DNA from: Octopus vulgaris
Lineage: Eukaryota
Assembly (NCBI GenBank): GCA_951406725.2
Contig: OX597816.1
Coordinates: 128,960,001 to 129,024,000, forward strand
DNA: 64,000 nt
Direction of reading: 5' to 3'
Each line of letters begins with the position of its first letter. Position 1 is the stretch's first letter. Shown here piece by piece: positions 38,705 to 52,887 of the stretch. The notes under the pieces are model-generated. The model was not told the origin of the DNA, made no database searches, and saw only the letters and a list, made by a program, of their open reading frames with translations. A program made the position numbers and the translations under genes.

Positions 38705-38832
38705 TTCTTGTACAAGAATGTTGCTGACAGTGACTTTGTAGTTTTGGCCAGCTAAGCCATCATCAGACTGCCAATGATGGCTTTGCTGGCCAAAACTTCA
38801 AAGTTACTGTCAACAACATTCTTGTACAAGAA
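38705..38832. repeat. Short hairpin (about 59-bp arms) centred on a hammerhead motif
   Basis: 38705-38763 mirrors 38774-38832. An unmirrored tail spans 38615-38705. A related fragment lies at about 42380-42520. Confidence 0.9.
38726..38772 (-). ncRNA. Minimal type I hammerhead ribozyme-like motif
   Basis: GGCAGT-CTGATGA-T-GGC-TTAGCTG-GCC-aAAA-C-TACAAA-GTC-ACTGTC, with a 6-bp stem I, a 3-bp stem II and a GUC triplet. There is one core change (CG to CA). Confidence 0.78.
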
Positions 38833-38839
38833 TTAATAA

Positions 38840-38874
<35 letters not shown>

Positions 38875-38959
38875 TATATATATAGAGAGAGAGAGTGAGG
38901 GAAGAGAGAGAATTTTTGTGTTACATATGCACATACATTTATTTGTATATATGTGAGTG

Positions 38960-39640
38960 TATATCAAACTAAAGTTATTGAACAAACAAATGCAAGGTCA
39001 TCCGCATAGCATTTCATAATTCGAACATTTAATCATAGAATATACATATAAACATCCCACAAGATAGAACATAATTCATCTGCACAAGCATACAAGCATA
39101 TAATAATAATAATAATAATAATAATAAGGTGCGAGAAAAAAAAATTTTTTCATCACAGTTTAGAGTTAATACTTTAGCGATTCAGAAAAATACATTACAA
39201 TACCTAAAAAATAAAAATATAATATAAAGTAATATATAAAAATATATAGGTATATAAAAATATATAAAATATATATTTATATAGGAGCATATAAAAAATA
39301 TATAATATATATCATGTAAATAAAATAAAAGTTCATCGTTTAGAAATCTTATGAAATTATTATTCAAGTAAGAGAAGCCTTATAGTTAAAAGGAAACCAT
39401 ATTTACTTATCCCTATGGCCATTTCAGGGGTGTATTATGTTTAAAGTACTAGGGTGCATCCAGATAATACCTCCTTCGTCAGGGGAAAAAAATATATATA
39501 CATAAAGATAGACATCATCGCGTACCAGGCTAGCACAATGTTGTTTGCTTTCCTATTGAGGCATTCATGCTCGGATAGCCCAAATGAAATGCTATGCGGA
39601 TGACCTTGCATTTGTTTGTTCAATAACTTTAGTTTGATAT
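38960..39640. repeat. Perfect inverted repeat (about 57-bp arms) around an AT-rich spacer
   Basis: ATATCAAACTAAAGTTATTGAACAAACAAATGCAAGGTCATCCGCATAGCATTTCAT and its exact reverse complement at about 39583-39640. Confidence 0.9.
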
Positions 39641-39752
39641 TTTTGTCTCTTTCAATAGAGCACTTCTATAGCAGTCCTATTAATCTTTTTGTTCCTGACA
39701 AGAAACAATCACTGTATTATTGATATTGATATGTGTGTGTATATATATATAT

Positions 39753-40024
39753 GTCATCATCATCATCGTTTAACGTCCGTTTTCCATGCTAGCATGGGTT
39801 GGATGGTTTGACCGGGGTTTGGGAAGCCAGGAGGCTGTACCAGGCTCCAGTCTGATCTGGCAGTGTTTCTACAGCTGGATGCCCTTCCTAATGCCAACCA
39901 CTCCGTGAGTGTAGTGGGTGCTTTTTACGTGCCACTGGCACAGGGGCCAGAGGAGGCTGGCAAACGGCCACGATCGGTTGGCGCTTTTACGTGTCACCAA
40001 CACGGATGCCAGTCAGGCGGCGCT

Positions 40025-40027
<3 letters not shown>
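39753..40027 (-). mobile_element. RTE-type 3' tail fragment
   Basis: (CAT)n CGTTTAACGTCCG..CTACAGCTGGATGCCCTTCCTAATGCCAACCA. The same tail occurs at 16440-16620, 20322-20490 and 49700-49870. Confidence 0.8.
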
Positions 40028-40058
<31 letters not shown>

Positions 40059-40149
40059 GTTATATTATATTATATTATATTATATTATATTATATTATAT
40101 TATATATTCACTTACACACACACACATATCATACACACACACACACACA

Positions 40150-40208
40150 TATGAGTGTTTCAAATCTAAAACAATCAATATGATTGTTTTAGATTTGAAA
40201 CACTCATA
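40150..40208. repeat. Perfect short palindrome
   Basis: TATGAGTGTTTCAAATCTAAAACAATCA-ATA-TGATTGTTTTAGATTTGAAACACTCATA. Confidence 0.93.
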
Positions 40209-40257
40209 AGAAAATTTTTTGTCTCCTAACTGTATGTGTGAGTTCAATTAGTCAAAC

Positions 40258-40416
40258 TTTTTTTAACTCACCACACTTGCTGTGTTACATATACAAGACC
40301 CTACTACATTTGTATTTTGTATGCAAAAATGTTCCTTGTGATATTTTCTTTCAGGCATATTGTTGACATTTCATAATCATAGTTACTACATTCCAATGAT
40401 TTCCCTTTCTTTCTCT

Positions 40417-40465
<49 letters not shown>

Positions 40466-40653
40466 TGTACATTTATATATATATATATATATATATTGAG
40501 AGAGAGAAAGAGAGATGGAATGCAGTGACTATGATCACAAAATGTCAACAATATGTCTGAAAGAAAATAGCTGAAGGAACATTTTTGCATACTAAATACA
40601 AAACTGGTAGGACCTTACATTTGTAACACAGCAAATACAGTGAGTTGAAAAGT
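40258..40653. repeat. Diverged inverted repeat with a (CT)n/(TA)n/(GA)n centre
   Basis: About 40258-40397 mirrors 40516-40653. Confidence 0.8.
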
Positions 40654-41034
40654 GTGATTAACCGAAGGTGTAAACACACACATATACACACAAGCGTACA
40701 TGCATATAGCAAATGAAAGTGGGTCTGGGAATCCAAGCGATTACCTCAGTCAGAATTCCTGCAAATGACAGAATGTTCAAGAAAGAAACCTGAGTGAATT
40801 CATCCAAGTTATTCTTGTATTTTTTTAGTCCTCAAGGTCATAATGAAAAGACTATGGATTTTCATTACATAATCAATATTATATAATCATTAAAATGGTG
40901 GGCTGGCAGAATCGTTAGCACGCTGGGTGAAATGTTTAGCAGTATTTTGTCTGTCTTTACATTCTGAGTTCAAATTCCACCAAAGTCAACTTTGCCTTTC
41001 ATCGTTTCAGGGTCAATAAGTTAAGTACCAGTGG

Positions 41035-41350
41035 CATGTAGCTTAGTGATTAGGGTAACTGGCTCATGATCATAAGGTTGTGAGTTCAATTCCCAGCAGT
41101 GTGTTGTGACCTTCAGCAAAATGCTTTATTTCATGTTGCTCCAGTCCACATACCTGGCAAAAGTGAGTTGTACTTGTAATTCAATAGGCTGCCCTTGTGA
41201 CCTTCTGTGTCACGCTGAATCTCCCTGAGGACTATGTTAAGCATATGAGTGTCTGTGGAGTGCTCAGCCACTTGCACGTTAATTTCATGAGCTGGCTGTT
41301 CCATTGATCATATCAACTAGAACCCTCATCATTGTAACCGACGGAGTGTC
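41035..41350 (+). mobile_element. tRNA-derived SINE (third family)
   Basis: TAGCTTAGTGATTAGG (A-box-like) and GAGTTCAATTCCC (B-box-like). A related head lies at 43860-44000. Confidence 0.7.
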
Positions 41351-41706
41351 AGTTGCACACATCCGTACACATCACATGACCAAACCAGAACAGTCTTCTC
41401 TCTTGCACATTGCATCTAATTCTTCTAGCCTCTCTCTCAGTACTCTGCTGCTCTGTTATATTTCGGAAAAAGTTGACCACTGCTGAAATATCTTTCAAAG
41501 TTCATTGACTCTAAAAGCATTGATTTCTACAAGACAAGAATCAATAATTTTGATACACAAAAGATTTATTCAATGAAAGAGATATTTATTTTCAATAAAA
41601 TTTAGTTTTCACCCATTTTATATCCTTTCAAACTTCACTCCTCAAAGTGATATAAATTTCAAAATAATTTAGTGTCTGAGTGTGTGATCATGTATGCGTG
41701 TATCAG

Positions 41707-41902
41707 CATCATCATCATCATCATCATCATCATTCTCATTGTCATCATCATCACCTTCCTCATTGTCATCTCCATCACCATCCTCATTGTCTTCGTCATC
41801 ATAGTCATCATCATCAGCATCATCATCATCATTATCATTACCATTCTCATTGTCATCATCATCGTCATCATCATCACCATCACCATCCTCGCTGTCATCA
41901 TC
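41707..41902. repeat. Degenerate (CAT)n tract
   Basis: Direct inspection. A purer tract lies at 47140-47247. Confidence 0.9.
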
Positions 41903-42522
41903 AATATTGTTTTAAAGTCGTAAAGTCAATATTTCTATCCTTGTATGAACCAGACAGAATTCATTGAGACAGATTTTTTTATGGCTGGATGACCTTCCTG
42001 TCATTAACCTTTACTTATTTCGAAACAAGATAATAATTCTCCAAGACCAGACATATTTGCATGAAAGTTTGGAACAGAAGAACAACACTTTTGTGTGTGT
42101 GTGTGTGTGTGTGTGTCCTCGCCATTGCTTGACAACTGATGCTGGTGTGTTTATGCCCCTGTAACTTAGCAGTTCGGCAAGAGAAACCAATAGAATAAGT
42201 ACTAGGCTTACAAAGAATAAATCCGGGAGTCAATTTCTATGGCTAAAACCCTTTAAGGCAGTGCTCCAGCATGGCCACAGTGAAATGACTGAAACAAATA
42301 AAAGAATAAAAAAACAAAAAATGTGCCCATATGTGTGTGTATGGATGGATAGTGAGGGGGAGAGATTGAGAAAGATATATATATTAATGTTTGTTTTTAT
42401 GTTCCTTTCTAATAAAAGCAATTTTATATTAATCTTTAGTAGAATATTATACTTTAGTAGAATGCAAATTTATTACTCTTAAACAAGAATCTTGTTAACA
42501 GTGACCTCAAAGTTTTGGCCCA

Positions 42523-42978
42523 TTAAACCATAGAAGGACAATGCCTTATGGGACTGTCCCCTTTGAGAAACACTGATTTAACAAAATTTGAGATACCAGC
42601 AAAAGAAGAAATAAAGATAGACTTTTTTCTATTCCAAAGAAAAACGATTTTATTCACACAAATATGCAAAAGGCAATATACAGCATTTTGTGGCATAATT
42701 TCAAGCCAGCCAGCTTTTTTTGCACAAACTGCACATGCATTTTTCTCACATACGCGTAGTATCGATCGCAACAGCCGATGTACTTGTGCATACAAATGCA
42801 CGTTCCCACGGCTTTATCGATCGCCTTCTCACCTGGAATCGATTTTTGTAATTTTTTCAAGACTTATACACGCCCTGATACTGTGAGTATCTACATATCA
42901 AATTTGAGTGCAATTGGATGGAGGATGCCCGAGATCCTTGAAGACACACACACACACACAGAATAGATTTTATATAAT

Positions 42979-42981
<3 letters not shown>
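42523..42981 (-). mobile_element. Helitron-like 5' fragment
   Basis: The minus strand starts TCTATTATATAAAA then (TG)n, as in the other Helitron-like copies. The 3' end was not found. Confidence 0.45.
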
Positions 42982-43037
<56 letters not shown>

Positions 43038-43563
43038 GTATGTGTATGTACATATATGCTTGTACATTATTCTCATCAATGTTTATTCATTGAAATATGC
43101 TAGTCTTACAGCAATGTCTATTTGTAGAAGTATATAAAAAGCTGATTTGATAAAACTAAAGGTCGAAATGTAAATGCATAAGATGTTTTATTTGAAATAC
43201 TACTATTTCAACTATTCTAAAACTCTAGAGATTTCCATAATAATTACAATACATAACTTGATTCACAGATAATCATTTTCACTTAAAACATTCATAGAAT
43301 TCTCGGTTTCTTTTCCAAATAAAACAACAAAGAATGACAACATTTTCAAAATTTCAAAAATGTTGCAGATACTTCATTAGTAAGAAAATGAAATCAAGAC
43401 TGTATATATTTTGAAAGTCAATTATAATGTAAAACAGTAGCAGACAATGTTTCTGCAACCTTGTTACCCTAGCTTCTCATGCTTAACATATGCAATACTT
43501 TTGATTAAATAAAACAGACCAAATGTAATCTTGAGGGGAAAATCTTCTACATCTCAAATGTGT

Positions 43564-43603
<40 letters not shown>

Positions 43604-43859
43604 TCTCTCCCTCCCTCTATCTCTCTCCCTCCTTCCTGCTCTCCCTCTCTCTCCCTCTGTCCCTTCCTCTCTCTCCCTCCCCTCCTTCCTTCATGTCAGA
43701 TGAGTTAACCAATATGAAAACTGATGAACATTACTCTTTATAAGCCCTTTAAAATTCTGGAGACAAATTTGAAGACAAATAAGGACTAGTTACCATTCAA
43801 TAAAATTTATAAAGAATGTGAGCCAAAAAATGCTACTAAACAAATTATAATCTAAGAGA

Positions 43860-44200
43860 AGGCACATGGCTCAGTGGTTAAAGAGTCAGGATCACAATCA
43901 TAAGGTAGTGAGTTCAATTCCTGGACAGGGCTGTGTGTTATGTTCTTGGGCAAGGCTCTTTATTTCACATTGCTCCAGTTCACTCAGCTGTAGAAATGGG
44001 TTGTGACATCACTGGTGCCAAGCTGTATTAGCCATTGCCTTTCCCTTGGATAACATCAGTGGTATGGTATGCATGTGTGACTGCTAGTCTGCCATAAACA
44101 ACCTTGCCCAGACTTCCATAAACAACCTTGCCTCAGAGAGGAACTTCCTAGGTGCACCCCCCCCACCCCCCATGGTCATTCATGGCCAAAGTGTGGTCTT
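43860..44200 (+). mobile_element. tRNA-derived SINE
   Basis: TGGCTCAGTGGTTA (A box) and GAGTTCAATTCC (B box), followed by a non-tRNA body. Confidence 0.75.
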
Positions 44201-45562
44201 AATCTAAGAGAAACTTGAGTGCATACTTTGCTGGAAATTCTTTACCATTTCATAGATTAAAAGAGATTACTAGACTACTATTACTAAAAAAGTGTGAAAC
44301 AAATGTCAAGCGGTTTTTAAATTCTATAGGTTATTTCACTGATAATATTGTATATATATATATCTATGTGTGTATGGTTTTGTGTCTGTGTTTGTCCCCA
44401 CATTACCACTTGACAACTGGTGTTGGTGTATTTACATTGCTGTAAGTTAGCAGTTCAGCAAAAGTAACTGCTAGAATAAGTACTAGGTTTTAAAAGAATA
44501 AGTCCTGGGGTCAATTTGCTTGACTAAGACTCTTCAAGGCAGTGCTCCAGCATGGCTGCAGTCAGATGACTGAAACAAGTAAAATAATTGAATAATGAAT
44601 TCCAGAATATATTATGATTAGATACAAAAAAAAACCGGAAAATACAGGTCACTTATAACTGGAATGCATTTCATTACAAGTTTGCTCTCCAGGGCAGATT
44701 TTGGGACAGAATAGCAATGAGAGTTTATTATATTAGATTGTTCTTCTTAACTTAAGGCTATAGTAGAGCATTTCTTCTCTGTATTAAGAAATAAAATACA
44801 GTAATAAAGAAAAAATCAAAATAAAATATAAATCTTAATCTAGTTTTGTTGATATTGTGTTTAGCATAATGGGAATAATATTTGATAATTTTTTTACTAA
44901 CATCATCTTTAAATAATGTATAAAAGACACTGAGGTTAGAAATAACAGATTAACAAACAGCTAGCAATAGTAAGAGAGAAAAAAATCACCAAGGGGATGA
45001 TCAGATTACCAAATTTGTCAATGGTGACATCAAGTGATTAATTGTTGTCCATTAATGAGAAGAAAATAATGGGGAAACTGATCTTAAACTTATAACAAGT
45101 CTTTTGGGGAGATTTATTAAAAATTTGTAGTTAAAATAAATATTTTATTGAGACTGTGACATTAGAAGTCTCTTAAATAGCATTCGGCTGTCATACTGAA
45201 TCTCAGTGGCAACCACAATATTGATTTATAACTTCGAGACAAAGTTACACAGTTGCAAAGAAATGGTATAGTTAATCAAATAGATGTCAATATATAACTG
45301 GTATATGTTTGAGTTTATTGTGTGAGTGTTGTTATATTTGGGGTTGGTCATTTATTGTGTGTGTGTGTGTGTTGTTATATTTGGGGTTGGTCATTTTTGT
45401 TTTTGCCAGTTAATCATACGCTTTATATACTCATTCTTCACTTCAGCTTTATAATTATTATTATTATTATTTTAGTGTCTTTTGTACTGAAATCTTTCAT
45501 CACATATCTTGTGACCTCTTCAACTACTTTCCATCCAACATGTCTCCGCTTGTTCTGATAGT

Positions 45563-45595
<33 letters not shown>

Positions 45596-45596
<1 letters not shown>

Positions 45597-46317
45597 TAGC
45601 AGTATAACCCGGCCTTGCTCGGGATTAAGTTATGATTATTAAGCTAATCAAGTTCTTTATTTCAAACCAAACTAAGTAATATAGACGTCAAATTTGGGCG
45701 GAATCCATTGAAATTAGTTATTATATATATATATATATATAATATAATATAATATAAATATATATGGGCAACAGACACGAACACACATATACACACATAC
45801 GTACACCTATTGCATGTTTTGTGCACGCATACATGTTCATAAATAGAAATGAATGGAAAAAATGTTGTTAAATTTGTAGATTAACACTCGCACGATTTTC
45901 ACTAAAGTATATTATACTATGATTATAAAATATAGTGTCTTTCAAAAACAAAAAACAAAACATTTTACTTTTATTTTATTTTTTATGAACGTCATAATTT
46001 ACTCTCTCTCTCTCCCTCTCTCACTTTGTCGTTCCCATGAAACTCTCTGCCTCCTTCTTCCACTTTTCTTTATATTTTTTTTTTTTTAGACACCATCAAA
46101 AAAGCCAAGGCTGATATTTTTCGTGGCTATGTCTGAAAATAGATATTTACGATATCCACGGGTGCCACGGGTGGAGATGGGGGGAAATAAGTTGACAAAA
46201 CCCCAGATAGGATGTTGACAAATGTCCTCCTAAAATTGGAGTGATATGCGTGCTAATTTGTAGACGTGCATAAATTACAATCACGTACACACACACACAT
46301 CCTCCCTTTTATAGATA

Positions 46318-46320
<3 letters not shown>
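45596..46320 (-). mobile_element. Non-autonomous Helitron
   Basis: The minus strand shows 5' TC, the subterminal hairpin CCCGAGCAAGGCCGGG and 3' CTAG. Inserted in (TA)n with no TSD. Confidence 0.85.
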
Positions 46321-46348
<28 letters not shown>

Positions 46349-47162
46349 CTAAGAATTAATATAAACAGTCAGGCGCAATGTGATACCATAAAGGAATAAA
46401 TTAGCCGTCACTAAGTGTCATTTGGGGTGCCAGCACACCTACATTGCTAGAAATAGAAGTTAAAATACTCTTAATGCTTCCCTGTCAGCATATATCTACC
46501 TGCACTCATCCTACAGCATTAAGAGTATTTTAACTCTTATTTCTAGCTGTATATATATATATAGCATTCCACAATGTAACTACATGTGGATTATTGGCAA
46601 TTTTTTTCATCTGTCCTCCTTTTCTTTTCAACTTTCCTCTGTCTACTGCTTCTGAAGCAGTAGACACGTAAAACATCCTTTCTTTCCTTCACTGAGCGTC
46701 TTATTAATATTTTGCATGTACCACGTCCTCATGTTATTGTTCTTTCTTGTGTCTTTCTCCATGTTTTTTGATTAATGATATATATATATATAATCAAGCA
46801 GACACCAGAGATACACTTGTATGTGTGTGTTGTTGCTTGTGTGTGTGTGTGCATGCGTGTGTGTGTGTGAATACATGTTGAACCAGGAACTTGGGTAGAA
46901 AATCATAGTTGAAAATAGCAGGATTTGGACTCAAATGTAAAGAGGAATAACTAATAAGTCATCTTATCCATTACTTTACCAATTCAAACATCTACTTTTC
47001 CCACAATTTTGTTCACTAGTGTGTTTTATAGTTAAATCTTAACAACCATGAAAAAACTAATAACTCAAATAAATCAATGTTTTAACAGTAGCCAGAGAAA
47101 AGCATTGTTTTGTCTGCTTATCCTCCTTCTCTTTTCCTCATTATCATCGTCATCATCATCAT

Positions 47163-47225
<63 letters not shown>

Positions 47226-50199
47226 GTCATCATCATCATCTTCATCATTCTACCATCACCTGTTCTACACCAAGCATTAATTTTTGAAAATTATGTATGA
47301 CATATTGTCATTCCTGTCATTAGTGTCATCCTGTCTATGATGTTCAACATCCTTATTACCTCATCTTATGCCTTCCTTATCTTTTGCTAAGCCTTTTGCT
47401 TTCATTGCCCCTTTTATTTATTCTTCTTCACATCACCTACCTATTCTATCACAGCTATCATTTATGCACATAGGAGCTCATGCCTTTACGTCCAAACAAT
47501 TCTCTCACCTCACTCAAATTAACATTGCCTATCCTATGCAATTCATTCCTCACTTGCCTCTTCAAGTCTTCATTTAAAAATGAATAAAATAGTATGATTA
47601 TCAGAATTTATAAAACTGATTATAAACTGTGATCGATTTTTTGAAATATTTTTTCCAGTTTCCATTTTTTGTCTTCAGTATTTTTTTTTAGCGTTTTTGA
47701 AGTTTGTAGTATCAAACCCACCAACTTTTTGTTACTTATAAATCAAAGCTTTTTTTTTTTAACTTTGATGGTGCTTCTCCAATCCCAAGAAAAATTTGCC
47801 CCTAAGTATTTGACATTTTATGCTTCAATATAACTGTCCCAGAAAAGGTTCTCTGGTTTATTGATCCTAACGTGATTTTTTTGTAAATTGATTCAATTAA
47901 GTTAATCAGCACTTAATCAACCTGTAAAAATCAATCAAAGTAAGTGCACAATTCACTTGTAGCATTCTATACTGATTCATTAGTTCTCTTTCTATTTCTT
48001 TATTTAAAAAATTTATTTTTGTCTTATTTTTACGTGTGTTTTTTATTTCTCTTTTTGCCAATTTGAAATTCTGAAGGGAAAGAATTTTGGTCAATTCTGC
48101 AAATTTAAACGTCATGCATCATTAAAAGTTTTCTTTTTCACATAGTATTGATAACTTTAGATGCTTGACTACCACTATTTTTATAATTCAATTATTTTTA
48201 CCATATTAATGAAGTTCAATAAAATTAATGAAAATTAAACTTTAATGCATTTTTCTGAATTCAAATATGTTTTATTTTTTATCGTTCATTTTAAATTCTT
48301 CAATTTTTCCATCCAAACTCATTTGATTTAAAATCATTCTCGAACTCGTGAATATCAAAATACATAATTGTTAAAATTACTTTGGCTTGAAATAACCAAC
48401 AGACAGTGGTATTCTGAATGCAAAACCCAGAACGATAGCAATATATTTTGAGCTGTAGTCTTTGTCATTACCACAAATGCTTCCACAACTGCCACCACCA
48501 CCATGGTCATGATGATGATCATCATCATTATTTTATATTCACTTTCCAGACTAGCGTGGATTAAAACAAGCTGTCACAGATAGAGTGACTTCATATTTGA
48601 AGTTAATACCCCCACCCCAGATGGATTGGTGACCACATCTCACTCATTTTTGGCATGGTTTCTGCGTTTTGATGTCCTTCCTAATGACAACCATTTTACA
48701 GAATGTACTGGATGCAATTTATTGGAGCAAGACTAAAGAATCCTCTCTACTCTGTAGATGAAGAATGAGTCATATGAAATTACATTTCATAAGACCAATT
48801 CCTAATCACATATTTACTATGGAAAGGATGGTCTACTTGTTTCATAACTGTCTTAATTTTTCTGCCAATGGTCAATTTTTCAATAAGTATTAATTAAGAT
48901 CTATCTCACTAAAACTTCTCATATATTTATTCCAACAAACATTATCAATTGGGCTCATATTGCATTTTTAATTACCATATGGCATTTAGTCTCATCAAAC
49001 AATTCATTTGAGAACTATCAACTTCTCTAATAACATTCTATTCCAATTTCACTCCCTTATTTTCAGCCTGTATTTGCTTCTTACCTTTGCTAATTTTTTC
49101 TCCACAGAAGTGGATCCTGAGAAGGAAACACAGAACCTACATTTCAGACAGACAATTAAGATGAAAGGACATAAACTAAACTAATAACACAAAAGCCATG
49201 AATTCATACATGCCTCTGATAGTTTTGATTTATTTCTTAAGAAGGCACATAACTGAACATGCTTCAAGTTCTCTGTCATTCAGAAACATTTTAAGTAAGT
49301 GCTCTGTAAAGATTAAATAGGTTAAATTTGGTTTCTAAGAAGTGAAGCTTACAGTCTTTGTGTGTTTTTGAAACACACAGTCTCAAATTTCTCATCCACT
49401 TAACATTATTGGTACTAAAGCAGCTTTATTGAAACCTTGTGGCTCAAAAGAACATATCATATCTTACCAGTTGTTTCTAAATTATGCCTGGCCCTTTCAT
49501 CATTTTAGATACTACTATGGTAACTGAATCCTTTTAAACTGTTATTGAGCATAATTACATATAAAAACATATTGAAGATTACATAATTAATAGTTAGAAA
49601 TTAAGTTTATGGTTGTTTTATCTATTCTTAATTTGTTTTGCTTGATTTCATCCATTTTGTTACATCATAGTAAAGACTGTATCAGTATATTTTAAATTCA
49701 GAAATCATCATCATCATCATTTAATGTCTGTTGTCCATGCTGGCATAGATTGGACACTGACCAGAGCTGGTAAGCTGGTAGGGCTGTACCAGACTCCTGT
49801 CTGATTAAAGCATGGTTTCTAAGCTGGATGCCCTTCCTAATGCCAACCATTTTACAGATTGTGTTAGGTGCTTTTATATGGCGCCACATGGGTGCTTTAA
49901 CGTAGTACCACATGAGCACTTTTATATAGCACTGCACAGATGCTTTTATGTGATGCTGCATGAGCATTTTTATATGTTGCTGCATATATCTCATATATTT
50001 TGTTTAAAGTGACCAGATTTTGGGCACGTAAAAGAAGAAAAACTTTAAAATAAAGCTTTTTCACCTTTGAAGTTTGTATTGCTGTTGTAAGTTTTGTATT
50101 GAAATTAACAAAAAAAATATCATTATCAGTAATATAAATTCAAAAAAAAAAAACTTTCCCTATAGAAAAAAAAGTACTAACCATCTAGACAGTACTTCT

Positions 50200-51770
50200 C
50201 TCAGTAAGTTCACAAACAAAGTCTCTCCCTGTAAGCCTCATACATAAAGCTTGTACTTTTCTTCTTTAGAGAAGTAAATTAAGACTAGCGCATACAACAC
50301 AGATTTTTTTATATTTGCCAACAGACAATTTGTCTGTCTGCTTCAGATGAGGTTCTCTGATGCCTGGCATGTGGATGTTGTCTAAAACTAGTAGAGTGCC
50401 TCCTTTTACTTGCAATAACAATAAACCCTACAAGTCTTTCAAGTAATCGTATTTGAAATTTCCATTATGGCATTGGTTTCTTCCCAGCTGTCTGAGAAAC
50501 ATTGGAGCAAGAAATAAGAATTCAGAGTCATACAGCCCAGAACGTTCATGAATACCTCCTTTGTCCACTTCCATGTTACACCCAAAGCAGTGCATGTTAC
50601 TAGTATCAACTCCACCAATATAATGATTGTGCTCTTCAATAATTTCTAGCTTTTGTTTCTCTCAGCCCCATTTTGTGATTGGCTGCTTTCAAATTTGCAA
50701 AACTTACTGATGACAACAAAATTACGTTTCCTTATTTTTACACTCAACAGCAAGGCAATGAGTAAAATTGAGATGCTACAACATTGCATATCTGGAATAG
50801 TTTTTGTTTAACACTTCAGGGTAACACCTTTTAGTTTCTTGATATATTTCTGTTTCATGAGTGTTTTGACAGTACAAATTATGAAACAAAACTGGAGATA
50901 TATAGATATTGTCAATGTAGAAGTGATAATCTATGTGTAAAATTAAGGAAGAAGTTTCATGACAACCCTTTTGTATTTTAGTCTATTGCTTTGCCTCCTC
51001 TTATACTTTACTCCTATACATGATAATAATATACATATAACCTAGACTTGGTTTACAGAGCATTCAAACTTCATCCTAAACTTATGCTGCTCTTCATTCA
51101 GTATATACAGCATATCTGAATATCTTCCCTGAAACCCAGACTTTCACCTACAGAAATTTCTTTCTTTGTAGTATACATTGACCACTGTGATAAGAGAGTG
51201 ACAACACTTTGAAGCTTCTGAGAATCTATCAGGTTCATCATTTTCAACCAAAAGTGTGTTCAGCATTAATAAAAATAGTATAAATCTACACATATAAAGC
51301 TGAAGCAAAGCATAGGGCATCCTGTGAGAGGTTTACTTAGAATAATCAGTGAAACATGCATTGCTTTTTTATTAGACCCCATGTTAAGCAATGCCAGGAC
51401 CGCCTTCATCTCATTTCATTCAGCCTTAGACTAAGGTCTTTTTCTCAAGGTAGTTTGTATCTGTACTTTCACTTTACTATAACTTTTAGCTTCCTCCACA
51501 ATTGCTTCAACGAGGTCTGGACTAAATAAGACCAAAAAGTAATCTACTGATTCTGAGTAATTCAGACTGATGTAATTTACTTCCCTGGTTTGTTTCAAAA
51601 ATTAGAAATTATGCTCAAGACTTGTATCCAACTTAATATAGCATTAAGCTGCAGATCTTCATTGCCAAAGGAATCTAAAGATTTGGTATCTTCTGTTTCT
51701 AATTCCCTATAATTTGAAGAATACAAGTTAGAGTCATCATATTCTTCAGCACTAGCACTGGATATTTTCA
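50200..51770 (-). mobile_element. piggyBac transposase relic, highly degenerate
   Basis: Minus-strand fragments are EMKAVL..LNMG, EISVGES..GF, HKFRMKF..GY, IIEEHNHYIGGVDTS, VTWKWTKEVFMNVLGCMTLNSYFL and KKICVVC (Cys-rich C-terminus), in the expected order. Confidence 0.75.
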
Positions 51771-52592
51771 CAAAATAAAAATAAAATTATCAAAAGTCTA
51801 CCGTAACTAAAGGCTCCCACTCTGTGTATGTGTGCATGTGTGTGTGTGTGTGTGTTCATGCATGCGTGTGTGTGTGTGTGTTCATGCATGCATTCGTGTG
51901 TCCATGTGTGTATCCGCTAAAATTACTTTTAATAGTTGCATTATTATGATGTGAGAGCAGGCAGTGATAATTACTCGTAGTATTACACTGTAACAAAATT
52001 ATGCTGCAAAAGAAGGTGTATCAGTTTCATAGTGTAATGAAAGCAAAACAGCAGGGCAGCGGCATACTTTCAATATAGCAAAACACAACGAAGTCTACTA
52101 TTCACAGAGGAAAAAAAATTAAGGAGGTAGATTTAACAAACCATAAGTTATTGTGCAATTGCAACTATGTTTATTTACAGCCACAATGATGGCTTAATGC
52201 AATCTTACAGAAAACCAAGATAGTGACTTTTACCAAGATAACAGTTAACAAAATGTATCTACTACTTAAAGTGAACTATTAGTGTAGACAATAACAATTA
52301 ATTTAAGGCCACTTTTGTTGCTCTTGTTGATTTAGTGTGTGAAATTTGATACATAACTTCTAGAGTAATTCATTTCAGACACAACACAATTCTAAATTTC
52401 ATCTATGTTTTCAAGTAAATAACTTACATTGCTGTCTTTTATACTGAAATCTTTAATGTCCTTATATGTGATTTTATTAAAGCCTTTAGGAGTCATTAGA
52501 TCATTGCATTTTCCTTCATCTTTTCTCAACAAATATTTTTACTTGATAAGAAACTTTGGTATATCAATAGATAGATAGATAGATAGATATGA

Positions 52593-52887
52593 CTAGGGTG
52601 TTAGAACACTTACATTGCAACAAATAAGAGCTGAAAAGTTCTAATGCTGTAGTTAAAGCACATAATTGTATACATATGTACCGACAGGGACTGTAATTGC
52701 CCAAATGCACCAGTCAAGAATTACCTATACTGATTGGTCAGTTTTGGCTAGTTGTGTAGCGATTCAGGCAATTATAGCCCCTGTTAGTATATATATATAT
52801 ATATATATATACAACTATTTGCTTTAACAACAGAATTAGAGCCTTTTACCTCTTATTTCTGGTAATGTAGATGTTCTAACACCCTAG
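52593..52887. repeat. Foldback/MITE (about 120-bp diverged arms)
   Basis: CTAGGGTGTTAGAACA...TGTTCTAACACCCTAG, with internal mirrored blocks. Confidence 0.8.

Noticed and set aside
43860-43930. tRNA gene candidates (also 14385, 36999, 41035)
   Set aside because: A/B boxes are present but there is no clean cloverleaf, and each continues into a repeated SINE body.
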